Assembly (NCBI RefSeq): GCF_006345805.1
Contig: NC_043000.1
Coordinates: 92,876,001 to 92,940,000 of the forward strand
Length of the DNA stretch: 64,000 nucleotides
From: Octopus sinensis
Taxonomy: Eukaryota
Direction: 5' to 3'
Shown: positions 1 through 13,860 of the stretch, in pieces
How the letters are laid out: each line of letters starts with the position of its first letter
Numbering within the stretch: position 1 is the stretch's first letter
Position numbers and translations under genes: made by a program
The notes under the pieces: generated by a model
Seen by the model: the letters and a program-made list of their open reading frames with translations, nothing else
What the model was told of the DNA's origin: nothing
Databases searched by the model: none

Positions 1-251
1 TCATGTGTACATTTGTGTATGTGCCTGTGTGCATCTGTGTATGTGTAGGGAATTCTATGTGTGTGTACAAAACACCATGCATTTCTACATAGGTGTTTAT
101 ATGGGTGTATATATGCTTGTATTTGTGTGTATATTGTGGAGTGTGGGAATGTATGTCATATTCCATTCATCAGGTTGATTAGCTTAAGCTGTTGGTGCAG
201 ATAATTCATTTAAACATCAACTGGCTATGTGTGTGTGTGTGTATGTGTATG

Positions 252-285
<34 letters not shown>

Positions 286-486
286 CAACTAAGTATATCA
301 GGACACATGCTTGAAGACTTCTATGTGTGAATGACTGAGTGAGTGTAAGCTTGTGTGTGTGCGTGTGGGTGTATGTGTGTATGTGTGAGTGTGTACATAT
401 GTGTATGAAATATTTACATAAGTGTAGTCAGCCATCCATACTTTCATGTGGAAGCATATGTATGTATTTGTATGTGTGTGTATGTA

Positions 487-520
<34 letters not shown>

Positions 521-1762
521 TACACACACATATATGTATATGATATAGTATATAAGAATATGTATATGTGTATATATGTAAATATTTTTATGGATATGCA
601 TATATATATATATATGTGTGTGTATGTATATATGTGTGTGCGCATGTGTATGTATGTATGTGCGTGTGTGAGCACACAGATATGTACAAGGTTACACACA
701 TATTTATTCATAAAGTTGTTATGATAATAAGTATAATAATTATATTGACTGAGATGAAAGATGTGTACTAGACTTGAAGGACAAACTATATTCAGATTAA
801 TTTGAATATAATGTCTATACAAAGTTATGAAGTTGTCTCACAGAATTTCTGACAAATTTCCCTATATTTAAAACTTGTTTCTACAGCACATCCTCCCCAA
901 CACACACATTTATATTTTGACATACAAATGAGAGAAAAATTACTCAATACATGTAAAAGAGTATATCTTATTTGAATCTCTGGCATTTTTTCCAGTTTTT
1001 TGTTCTGAGTTCATATTACCGTTCATCAAATATTGAATTTGATGTAATTGACTTTCCCTTCCTGTTGAAAGCTGGTGAACGTGTGGCAAAATTCGAAACC
1101 TCTATCATAAGACTCATACATTCAGAGTAGTGTCTTCATGTTGATTGCTATGGTCACAATGTTTTAGCAGTTATAAGATTTTGGGTTTCTACAGATGCTT
1201 CTTGGGTTTAGAAACCTAACTGAAATTTCTAAGATGTAAGATGATACTGTTCATCATCATGATGTTGTTCCTCTCTTCTCTTCCAGATCTGTCTCTTGTC
1301 ACCTCCTTTTTCCTGGGCCACCTCTCTCTCTATCTCTTCCTTTCTCAGTCTTTGTCTCTTGCACTCTCTCTCTCTCTCTCTCACTCACTCTCTTTATCTC
1401 TCACGCTTTATCTCTATCTCCCACTTTCTCAGTCTTTGTCTCTTGCATTCTCTCTCTTTCACTCACTCTTTATCTCTCACTCTCTCACTCTCTCTCACTC
1501 TCACACTTTCCCTCACTTTATCTCTCTCCCTCTCACACACACATTGCTCCACTCTTCCATATTGATGTTCATCATGAACCATACCTCCACCCTTGTTCAT
1601 CACTCATTGCATTCACCTCTACCCTCATCTCAAAGTATCCACTACACTGCTCTCACACTGTCATGAAATTATTCACCCTTTCTCTACCCCAATACCTCCA
1701 TCAATCCATTATCTTATATTCTTTCTTATACTCACCTTTTTGGACCTTGAGAGTTTTATTCT

Positions 1763-1987
1763 TATTTCTTTACTGCCCTCAAGGGGCTAAACATAGAGGG
1801 GACAAACAAGGACAGACAAAGGGATTAAGTCGATTACATTGACCCCAGTGCATAACTGGTACTTAATTTATTGACCCCAAAAGAATGAAAGGCAAAGTCA
1901 ACCTCGGCAGAATTTGAACTCAGAATGTAGCGACATGTGAAATACTGCTAAGCATTTTACCCGGTGTGCTAACGATTCTGCCAGCTC
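1763..1987 (-). mobile_element. tRNA-derived SINE, family A
   Basis: Reverse complement of the full copy at 57815-58049 (gagctggcagaatcgttagc head, gagttcaaattc B-box, gcctttcat...aagtaccag core). Confidence 0.85.
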
Positions 1988-3674
1988 AAACCTGTAATTT
2001 AAAGGTCTGACCTTCTTACCTTGTCACTACTAGCATTATCTTCTTTCCAGCTAATCCTACCCACCTTTATAAATTGTGAAGTAAAGGTAGAGTTGCTTTT
2101 GCAAGTCATACCAACTCATAAGGACTGGTTTCCTAGTTTCATGGTTTAATGGTGGTGGTGGTGATGATGATGATGAGAAGGTGAAGGAGGAGGAAGAGGA
2201 TGGTGTTGCTGTTGTTGATAATGAAGGTGATGGTGAAGGATTATCATTATTTCAAAACTGATATAGTTGGATTAGTTGCCCCATCTTGGTTGTTATAATC
2301 ACAATGTTTTCAGCATTTATACCCTCTGAGGTTCGTCAAGTAATTATTGTATTCCCTAATGTAAATGATATTTCAAAATGACTACTTTATTAAATCGGTC
2401 ATTTGGGGTAGATTGCTCTCACTCCATAGTCCAACTAATGGATACCTTCTAATGGGCCAGTCTCTTTTAACTTATCCTTAGGTTAACCCAAACCTTACAA
2501 GAAAAATTGTGTAGATGTATATTGTGTGAAAGTCCACAGGATAGATTAAACCTGTAATTTTAAGGTCTGACCTTCTTACACTGTATTCTGCTTAATTTGC
2601 TTGAGAGTTACATTTAGGGTATTTGTACCAGTGAAATATTCGACCACATACACACTAACTAAATTAACATGGGACCTCAATTGATTAAAGAACTCAACAC
2701 TCATATTTAGAGCTGAGAGAAATTAATTAACTTGTTTCACTTATTATCCAACACTATGACAAGTACCTGAAGCAGTATGCATTACAGAGTTTGAACATAG
2801 AACTAGACATATAGAAATAAATTTCAATATAGAAAACAGAGCATAATTAGCAAAATGACAGAAAGAAATAACAAAAGTAAAAGAACAGAATAAAAAACAA
2901 GAGAAATTATTTTTGAAAACAAGAGTAAAATCCCAAAACCAAAGACTAGAGAAAAAATGCAAAATAGCTCTCACACATATTTACAAAGAACACCCACATA
3001 CAATGAAAATAGACGATCGTACCTCAGAAATACTTTACTAAATAAGTTTCTCTCCAAAGTATGTGTGTGTTCAATATGGAGATCAACTGACTAAACAATT
3101 ATCACAGGACTTTCAGATTTTACTTCCTTATAGTGTTGCTATCACATTTTCTCTCTTATTATGTGTTTTGTTACTTCGTTTGAAGTATGTGCAATGTGTC
3201 AGTATCTGTAATGTGTGTGTGTGTGTGTGTGTGCATGTGTGTGTGTGTGTTTGCATGCATGGATGTGTGTGTATGAATACTTGGATACATACATACATAC
3301 ACATACATACACATACATACATACTCACATACACACACACACACACACATATATATACGCATGTATCTAACACTCAACCTATCTATGACTATATATGTAA
3401 ATACATATCTGGCATGTATTATGTAATGTCCCTCTTATGCCTCTCTATATCTGTATATAGATACATCAAGATGTATATATATATATACATGTATAGAGAG
3501 GGATATATATATATATATTTAAATTCATATCTCTATCTCTATCTATATGCATATATGAGTGTAGCTGAATTGAAAATCTAGCGAAGGTATATTCATGCAT
3601 GCATGCATGAATATATAGCTATATATATCTAAGGATTTAAGTCCACTGCATTGATACCTTTAAACACATTTGTT

Positions 3675-3721
<47 letters not shown>

Positions 3722-3878
3722 TATACATACATATATATATATATATGTATTATATTATATATATATATATGTATCATATATTATATATATATATGTAATA
3801 TTCATATATGTACATATATATATGTATATATATCTATATATGTCTATATATCTATATATCTATCTATCTATCTATCTA

Positions 3879-3934
<56 letters not shown>

Positions 3935-4814
3935 CATACATACATACACATACATACATACATATATAATATATGTATGTATATGTACATATGTATCTAT
4001 GTATATGTACATAGATAGATTGATATCTATATTTATAGCACTGCAACTTGTGTATACCTCCATCAGCTTAAGTACAACACATTGAGCCAACCACAAAGTT
4101 CATATAAAGGCACTCACACACATTCAAATACACAGCCACCTAAGTCTTATGGACCCTAATAAATCCAATTACTCGATGGTGCAACTTCAAAGAATTTGCT
4201 GCAATGAAGCCTTAAACAAAGTTATTTAACTAACAGAACAAAGGAATTCATACTTTTGACCAAAGGAAAAGACAATGGAACCATTGTCTCCATAACAGTT
4301 TTGCCTTTCAACTTTGGTTCTCCACATCTCCACTTCATCATCAGTAAAGCTTTCTCTTTGTCTACAATTAATTCTCGATATGTAGGAAAGCAGGAAAATA
4401 TATCTATGAGCTTATGAATATGAATTTATTTTTGTTGTTTATGTTTGCTTGTTGTTATTCCTATATTTCTTGTTTTTATTGTTGATATTGATGTTTTGAT
4501 GTTGTTATAAATATCTTTTTCTTTTTGTGTATATACACACACACACACACACACACAAATATATATATATTCACACACATGTATACATATATATATATAC
4601 ATACATATATATATATATACACATGTATATATGTGAGTGTGTGTATATGTATGTGTGTTTGTATGTACGTAATGTCTATAGATGTCTCTATATATTTATC
4701 ATCATATATAAAATATTTGCATATATATATATAGATAGATAGATAGAGAGGTAGATAGATGCATAGATACATAGATATATATATACACACATATATACAT
4801 ATACATATATATAC

Positions 4815-4847
<33 letters not shown>

Positions 4848-5073
4848 TACATTCATATATGTATATAAATACACACACACACATATATAAACAGATATAT
4901 ACATATCTGTATATTCAAGTTATGTATATGTATATATGTGGATATCTTTTTGTTTTTGGCCTCACTCTGCCAGACAAAAGTCGTCACTTTTTTTGAGATC
5001 CTAGTAACTTAGCAGTGCAACAAACCCATGTTGCTGACTGTAAATAATAATAATAATAAAATTAATAATAATG

Positions 5074-5109
<36 letters not shown>

Positions 5110-5131
5110 TAATAATAATAATAATAAAAAT

Positions 5132-5577
5132 ATTCTGCTCAATACCACAGATTTGCTTGTCAGTTGTTTGACCTTAACCAGTTGAGCATGTCCCTTAGTG
5201 GCTGACGATATGTGCATCTCTGATCACGAGCAGAAGTAGTGGGGGAGCATCATAGCCATGTGTTGAGAGGGATTCTTTGGGGTTTGAATAGTTCACCTCT
5301 GGAAACATGGGTGGTTCTTTCAACATCCTTAAACAACCCTTATTCAGGGACCGTTTAAGCGGGATGGGCTACTCAACCTGAAGAAAATTCTAACTGGGCC
5401 CCACCTGCAAGGTCATGTGCTGTTTATCTTGATATGAGATCACCATGTCGCGCACATATGGTTGTGATGCATGTGCCTGGTGTACCTTTATCAGACGGGT
5501 AGTCATGATGGGTATATTGGGCTTCGTATATTTTACCCCAGTGTCACTTTCATGGCATGAACTGCTCTCTCACTCAA
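5132..5577 (+). mobile_element. (TAA)n-targeted non-coding retroelement fragment (probable 3' UTR or non-autonomous partner of an R4/Dong element)
   Basis: Flanked by (TAA)n on both sides. The same sequence occurs at 17489-17624 and 20378-20915 on the minus strand, sharing the 3' end ...gctctctca(c/t)tc-(AAT)n with variable 5' truncation. Confidence 0.75.
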
Positions 5578-5579
5578 TG

Positions 5580-5624
<45 letters not shown>

Positions 5625-5867
5625 TAATAATAATAAAAAATAATAATAATAATAATAATAAAAATAATAAAAATTTTTTTTAAATGAACGAATTAGTGAG
5701 TTTAGTTTAATGGCCTACCAATGTATACTATGAGTTTCTTTGCCCTAGGAGTCGGGAAGACACTCGGCAAGAAATGGAAGCAAATTTGAAAGAAGAGGGA
5801 AAAAAAGATAGCAATAATAATAATAATAATAATAATATAATAATAATAATAATAATAATAAATAATT

Positions 5868-6209
5868 GTTGTTGAGGCCCCCTTCAGTCATGAATGACCA
5901 TGGGATTGCACCTAGAAAGTTCCCCTCCAAGTAACAAATCTGGGTATGGTTGCTGCTTTATGGAAGACCAGCATTCGCCCATGCATACCAGCCTCCATTC
6001 TCCACACTACTGGTGTTATTCAAAGGAAAGGCAAAGGCTGATACAACTCAGCACTAGTGACATTGCAACTCATTTCTGCAACTGAATGAACTAGAGCAAT
6101 GTGAAATAAAGTGTCTTCACCAAGAACACATCATACAGCCCAGTCTGGGGATCAAACTCACTACATCTTGGTTGTGAGCCCAACAGTCTAACCACTGAGC
6201 CATGCCTAC
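5868..6209 (-). mobile_element. tRNA-derived SINE, family C
   Basis: Minus strand begins ggtaggcatggctcagtggttag (A-box) ... gagtttgatccc (B-box) and is homologous to 46800-46950. Ends in a (CAA)n-type tail. Confidence 0.75.
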
Positions 6210-6594
6210 CTGAATATGAAATTTGCTTACAAATCTTACCCAAAATTGAAAGGAAGTAAAATTTGGCACATTTAGTAAGAGCCATGAAGTTTCAAAGAGA
6301 AATGCACTTGCATTAATTTTTACCTAAAAAATATTGTTTAAAAATTATAAATTTACTCACCTGAAGAAGTTAGTTTACATATCTTTAAAAAAAGAAAAAC
6401 TAAAGGAAGCAAAATGTAAAAGAATTTAGTTGCAAGGAAATGGTAATAAAAAGTAAACAATTTTTTTAAAAATCACATGACTAAATTAATTAAATTTTAA
6501 TGAGTAACTCAGATTTTTAAAGTGATAGCTGGCATCTTTACTTTTTAAAGCAAGAAAGTTGCAGGTGTTCAATGTTTCATTTAAATGCATTGGA

Positions 6595-6645
<51 letters not shown>

Positions 6646-6849
6646 CAAAATATATATACATATATTTGTGTGTGTGTATATATATATATGCATGTATATA
6701 TATGTATATATGTATGTATGCATATATACATACATATATATATGTATGTATATAGTTATATATTCATATACATACATATGTATATACATGTGAATATATA
6801 TATATACACAGATAATATATATATATTTTATTTTATCGCAATTTGACTT

Positions 6850-6883
<34 letters not shown>

Positions 6884-7222
6884 GAATATATATATACATA
6901 GATACATATATATAGAGTGAGAAAGAGAGAAAGACAGACAGTCAGACAGACGTAGAGATATACATACACACACAGAGAAAGAGGGAATAAAATGTTGCCC
7001 TGAAAGAGATCAAAGGAACACAAAGAAAGCATAAACAAAAGGCATGGTCATTCTCATCCCTCATCAGTTATCAACCAAAACTCATTATAATTTCATGCTG
7101 TTATTGATATGCATGCATGTATATATGTATGTATATATATATGTGTGTGTGTATATGTACTATATGTATATATGTTTATATATATGTAAGTACTTACATT
7201 TGTATATATACATATATGTATA

Positions 7223-7269
<47 letters not shown>

Positions 7270-8018
7270 CAGGGTGCGTAAGGTATTTTTGGGGTCAATG
7301 CTGCATTTTTTGCTAATGCTGTATAATCTTTGTTTCAGAAAATAATAAGGGCAGACCCTCAGCTTATTCAAGAAATGAAGAAGCATACTGTTATTGTTGT
7401 TATAAAAGCTGAGCATAACAATTTAGAAATATCTCGATTTTTAGAAGTTGCTAGATCTTTCATCTACAAAGTTTGTAAGGAGTTAGACTAAAGGTAGAAG
7501 TGTATCACTAGTATCAAAGCATAAAAAAGTATTCTAAATGCTCTGAAATCATCAGAACACCTGAATTTATCCAGCAAGTTTAACAGACCATTAATTACAA
7601 TCCCAGAAAGTCCATGAGGTCAGTTGCAAAAGATCTCCCTGTGTTAGAAGGAACAGTCGGAAATGTTGTCCACGAAAACATCAGATATGTCTTATATGAT
7701 GAGGAAAGGTCAATTTGTCAGAAAAAGCAAAAGAAAATCACTACATCAGATCTAAAAGGCTGTTAAAGAAACCGAAAAATCCAACAGAAGGAGATTTGAT
7801 TTGGTTTTTCTCAAACAAGTAAAACTTCAACAAGTTTCAAAAAGTTAACAGAAGAAATGACAAATGTTATGCATGAAAAATTTCCTGCAATTGTCATGGT
7901 TTTAAAGGTCCTCAGCAATGAAAGACATGTGATGCCTCCTTACCTATTTCCACAAGGTCTTAGAGTTAACTCTGCCACCTACATTGAGGTCCTGGAAATA
8001 ATTGTTAAGCTCTGGATA
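7270..8018 (+). pseudogene. decayed Tc1/mariner-superfamily (maT/DD37D-like) transposase
   Basis: TA-CAGGGTG terminus. Fragments translate to LIWFFSNK*NF..QKVNRRND and FPAIVMVLKVLSNERHVMPPYLFPQGLRVNSATYIEVLEIIVKLWI, with stops and frameshifts. Confidence 0.8.
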
Positions 8019-10374
8019 ATTTGAACAGGGAGATACTATTGACAATCCAATAATTTATTTATATCATAATATTACATGATATACTATGAATATAATATGA
8101 CATGATATTATATAACATAAACAATTATTAAAAAAACCATAAAAGGTCAACAAATTGTTTCAACATATATATTTTTTCTGATATATATATATATACCTAA
8201 TAACAGTTCCCTTATATATAATTTCTTTATAATTTATAACTTGTTTTGGTCATCCATCTTTCCATGTTACATAAAACTTATTTTTTTCAACCTCTTTTAT
8301 ATTTAAAAACTCCTCAACCTAATGTTTGTTTTTTTTTTTAATTTATAATTTTATAAGATTATTGAAATGATTGTAATGAAGGACTTGAAATATCAATTTC
8401 AAATTTGTGCACAAAGCCAGCAATTCATGGGTAGGGGATAAGTCAATTACATTGACCCCAGTACTCAACAGGTATTTATTTTATCACCCCCCCCCCCCAA
8501 TGAAAGGCAAAGTATTTATTGTTGATTTGAAACTTATGAGATATTCCCCTTCATTTGGTCGAGTTTGTTTAAATTTGCCTGACTTAATCACATGTGCCAC
8601 CCCACGCCCTACATCCACATCCTACACAGTGATTACAAGGTCAGCAGGACAACATCCATGTCTGTATAGAGCTTGTAGATAATGAATTTTAAAAGAGGGG
8701 AGACTCAAGTGTATATCCATGTTAGTGTGTCCACCAGAGTGCATCACTAATGAATTTCTGTTCAATCCTCTAGCACCATCCTGCAAAATCTCTCTCTCTC
8801 TCTCTCTCTCTTTCTATCTTTCTCTCTCTCTATCTAATGACATCGATGATTGCACCAAAACTGCCATACCATCTTGTTTTGATTGGAGGTTTCAGAGTGA
8901 CCCATAACATGCATCATATGGATTTTTTTATTGAAAATTCTTGTTTATTTTCTTTGGACATGATAACAGATAAATTCAATTATATAACTAAATAGCACCA
9001 ATTATTTTTACCACCAAACATATAGACCATGCAAATGATATAAAACTACTTAATGAATTACTTCTATGATTAAACTATTTATATTATTTGTGCAAATCTC
9101 CGTCATCCATCATTTTATGTCAGCTTTCCATATTGGCATGGATTGAACATGTAATTATGATCCAAATCAGTTCTAATTTGGAGTTATAATATTCCTAGAC
9201 CTCCTAGATGTTCAGAAACCATGTCTTGCATGTATCTTTTATTTTTTGGCATGGTTTCTACTCTGGGATGTCTTTCATAGCATTCCCTATTCTATGATAG
9301 GTACTGGATTTATTTTATCTCGGCACCAGTAATAAAGAAGTTATAACGTTCTCAACAAAACTAAACACTATGTGGTTTGTGTTCATTTGCCAGTCACTTT
9401 GCAAAGTGTACTAGATTTATTCTATCACGGCATTAGCACTAGCAATGATGTTTTGACCCATGCAAAACTAATAGCTCTTCTCTGCTCTATGTTGTCTCCA
9501 TTTGTTCAAGGCAGCATGAATGTTAGGGCAAACAAAAGACATAATGATGCTGGAGGAAGAACCAGGGAAAGGGAGTGAAGGAAGCAAGATTATTATGTTA
9601 AAAATAGGGTGATAAAAGCAAGAGAATAATAGAGAAGAGAATGATAGAAGAGAGGCAATGATAGGCAGCTACATATCGGTTGTTGGTAAAGAGATTGAAT
9701 AAAAAACAGAATGAATAGTAATCAGAGTAAAGAAAGGAAGTAGGGGAGAGTAATGATAATGAAAGGAAGGGATGGGAGTTTGAGTGAGAAAGATAGTTCG
9801 ATGTATATTAACAGTAAGTGTGATGTATATTAACAATAAGAGGAAGGAAAATATGAAAGAGAGTATAAGATATCAAATGATGGGTATGTTATGATAGAGT
9901 ATGAGTGATGGATAGTGATAGTGAGTGATGAAAGCAAAAGAAAAAGGATAATGGATGTCAATAATGGTTGACATGGGTGATATAAGTAATGGCTAGGCAT
10001 ACAGAAGAGTGATAGTAGGGGGATACCGAACATAGATATAAATGATGCCAGCCTTCATTACACTGGTATTATGAGAGGAGAGCAGGTAGTAGGAAGATTG
10101 GATGAGTAAGGTGGAGTGATAAAGGATATGGATTGAAGGATTGAATATGGATAGGTCTAAAATGATTACATGCAACACAGGTAACCTGGTATGGTAAAGA
10201 AGAAGGGTGAGATAAAACGATGACATAGAATGGGAAAAATAGTATTTGGAGACTTAACAGGGAAACAATGGGTGAGATACCTAAATGTAGATATATTGCA
10301 TATCCTAATATCTACCACTACCATTATTTCAATATCCATTTTGATGTACTCGCATGAGTTGGTATATCATCATA

Positions 10375-10466
<92 letters not shown>

Positions 10467-10467
10467 T

Positions 10468-10645
10468 GCATGGGACTTCTTAAGGCAACTGTAAATCCCA
10501 TGCAAGATTGATGTCTCGCAAAAAGCAGCCTTGTTAGGCACAGCGCACATCTTAAGAAAAGTATTGTGTCTGAGGTCCTTGTTGTGATTTGACAGATAAC
10601 TAAAGACTCTGGTGCATTTTGCCTACACTGTGTTACAAAGGAATA
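10468..10645 (+). mobile_element. R4/Dong-type non-LTR retrotransposon, extreme 3' fragment
   Basis: Encodes ..DVSQKAALLGTAHILRKVL, the same C-terminal motif as the 19724 ORF. Lies between (TAA)n tracts. Confidence 0.8.
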
Positions 10646-11878
10646 ATAATAATACTAATACTAATACTAATAATAATAATAATAATAATGATAATAATAA
10701 CAACAACAATAATAACAACAACAACACACACACACACACACATATGATAATACACTAATATTTTACACATGATTTTATTTAATAATTTCCCTAAAGTTGC
10801 TTCATTATAGTCACTGCTTTAAGTTTTAATGTGGTACTTAGTCATATATTCTTCTTGGCCTGTTTGCAAGTTAGGAAGGTTGTGTGTATAGACAATGGCC
10901 GCACTAGAGTTTAATTGAGTTTTCAAGTATTTTATTAACCTGTATCATTTATATTTGCAAATGTATGTTCAATAAATTAATGGATCAATGTTCAATGAAC
11001 ATAACGGTTAGGTATCTTCTGTATATAACTAGTTGGTTCATGTAATGAAGGTAATTTAAGAAAATTAATTACTGCATATAATTAATGTGTTACTGGACAC
11101 TTATTGTAAAGGTTAGTGTCTTTTGTCAACTACAACATAAGCATTATGCTTAAAAGTGAAAGAGAGGAGAGAGAACAATGCAATGAGACAATTGACATAG
11201 ATTCCACTTGAATGCTAGTGGATCTTTTGTCTTTATTTGCTAGTTTTTTATAGCTGTTAACTATGCTTCTAGAATCTTTGGTCAAACTGTTTGATAGCAA
11301 AATTTGCTTCCTTTTGTAGAGATGGTTGACTCAACCATAATAAGGGCAGCAAGTGTTGATTGGTTGAACCATATTTGCACAGGCATTCTTACCTTTTATG
11401 GCAGAATTTTCCCTGTCATGGAACATATTAGCTCATGGTTCTGAACTAGTAAAATCTAAGAGGTTTGGTTCAAGTCTCAACCACACTCTGGCAACAAAAT
11501 TATTCAATTAGATTTTTTAAATTGTAATTTCACACCCATTGTAAAACTTTATTACAAGATAAATTTATTTGTTTTTTACCTTACTCTAAATGTATAACAA
11601 TTCCATTCCTGCTTAAAAAATTATTATCTAATATCCTACATTTGCAGGTGCAGGTACAATCCTGTGGTAAAAAGTTGACTTGCCAACCACATGGTTTTTG
11701 GGTGCAGACTATGGCTCTGGGCCAGCCAAAGCCTCGTGAGTAAAGTTGGGAGATGGAAGCTAAAAAGAGCTTCATCATGTGTGTGTGTCATCAGTAAATC
11801 ATAAATCCAAAAGAGAAGCAGACACTAAGTTCTAGAGCAGTAGAGTAAGTAGATAAAGATAATTATGGCTGGTCTATG

Positions 11879-11919
11879 GGGTTACTCAGAGTTTCACTTT
11901 ACTGTGTCTCTACAGACCC
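11879..11919 (-). ncRNA. hammerhead ribozyme relic
   Basis: GGGU-CUGUAGA-gacacaguaaagu-GAAA-CUCUGAG-UA-ACCC: 4-bp stem I and near-palindromic stem III, but core A6 is changed to U and stem II is damaged. Confidence 0.45.
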
Positions 11920-12115
11920 TAATGGCCGGTGGCCTATAAGCTCTCTTCAGAATGGTGGGAGTAAAGACCTCATGGCTAGCTGTTGAACACACAGACAAAG
12001 GAGAAGGGTTGAGTGCAAAGGATTGTCTCCCTTAGGCCATTATCCATACTCAGCCCAGTTGCCTTGTATATAAATATATATATATATATTTATGTGTATA
12101 TATATATATATATAT

Positions 12116-12166
<51 letters not shown>

Positions 12167-13809
12167 CTTATGTCCATGTATTCTTTAAAAACACAATATG
12201 ACTGAACTTTCAATAATGTACATTTCTTATAACCTTCGCCAAACATTTACTCTGATATTATCTATCCCTGTGAAACACATTGAAATTTATGCGAACATTT
12301 GAACATCTGATTGTTTAAACATGTTTGTTCATAATTTTCAACCTTGTTAAAACCCCATTGTTTTATATATATTTGTACCATTGATAAACAAAAAGTGTTG
12401 AAACTATTTTGGTTTGCATGTGAATAAATCTATTTAAAAATAACTACACATTTTTCAAATTCAGGTGCATTTTCAAACCCCAAAACAAATTCCCCTACAT
12501 ACTTATATATATAATATATATATATATGTGTGTGTATTTGTGTGTGAAAGACTTCTTTCACTTTCTATCTACCAAATCCACTCACAAGTCTTTGGTCAGC
12601 CAAAAGCTATAGTATAAAACACTTACCCAAGATGCCACAGAATAGGATGGAACCTGAATCTATGTGGTTGGGAAGCAAACTCCTAAACCACACAGCCATA
12701 CCTACCTGTACTCACAATATATATCAATATTTATTTTTTAATCAGTTTTCTAAAACAATATTCAACAAATTCCAGTGCACTTTGCAGTATTCAGTACTTT
12801 TAGCTTTAATAAATAACTATATAAGACTCTACCGTGTGATAAACAATTATCCAGTTTTTTTTTTCTAGTTGTCTGTTTGATATTTTTTGTACTAACGAGC
12901 TAACACATTCTATTCTATACACATGCATATCATATGTATACACATACACATACACACACACACATATATATATATATATATTATATATATATATATATAT
13001 ATACTTATGTCCATGTATTCTTTAAAAACACAATATGACTGAACTTTCAATAATGTACATTTCTTATAACCATCGCCAAACATTTACTCTGATATTATCT
13101 ATCCCTGTGAAACACATTGAAATTTATGCGAACATTTGAACATCTGATTGTTTAAACATGTTTGTTCATAATTTTCAACCTTGTTAAAACCCCATTGTTT
13201 TATATATATTTGTACCATTGATAAACAAAAAGTGTTGAAACTATTTTGGTTTGCATGTGAATAAATCTATTTAAAAATAACTACACATTTTTCAAATTCA
13301 GGTGCATTTTCAAACCCCAAAACAAATTCCCCTACATACTTATATATATAAATATATATATATATGTGTGTGTATTTGTGTGTGAAAGACTTCTTTCACT
13401 TTCTATCTACCAAATCCACTCACAAGTCTTTGGTCAGCCAAAAGCTATAGTATAAAACACTTACCCAAGATGCCACAGAATAGGATGGAACCTGAATCTA
13501 TGTGGTTGGGAAGCAAACTCCTAAACCACACAGCCATACCTACCTGTACTCACAATATATATCAATATTTATTTTTTAATCAGTTTTCTAAAAAAATATT
13601 CAACAAATTCCAGTGCACTTTGCAGTATTCAGTACTTTTAGCTTTAATAAATAACTATATAAGACTCTACCGTGTGATAAACAATTATCCAGTTTTTTTT
13701 TTCTAGTTTGTCTGTTTGATATTTTTTGTACTAACGAGCTAACACATTCTATTCTATACACATGCATATCATATGTATACACATACACATACACACACAC
13801 ATATATATA

Positions 13810-13810
<1 letters not shown>
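12167..13810. repeat. ~837-bp near-identical tandem duplication
   Basis: cttatgtccatgtattc starts at 12167 and at 13004. Only about four differences were seen. Junctions lie in (TA)n/(CA)n. Confidence 0.95.
12377..12413 (+). ncRNA. hammerhead-like relic with U3:A8 core (duplicate at 13214-13250)
   Basis: ACCA-UUGAUAA-acaaaaagugu-u-GAAA-CUAU-UU-UGGU, followed by AATAAA. Stem III is mismatched. Confidence 0.45.
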
Positions 13811-13860
<50 letters not shown>

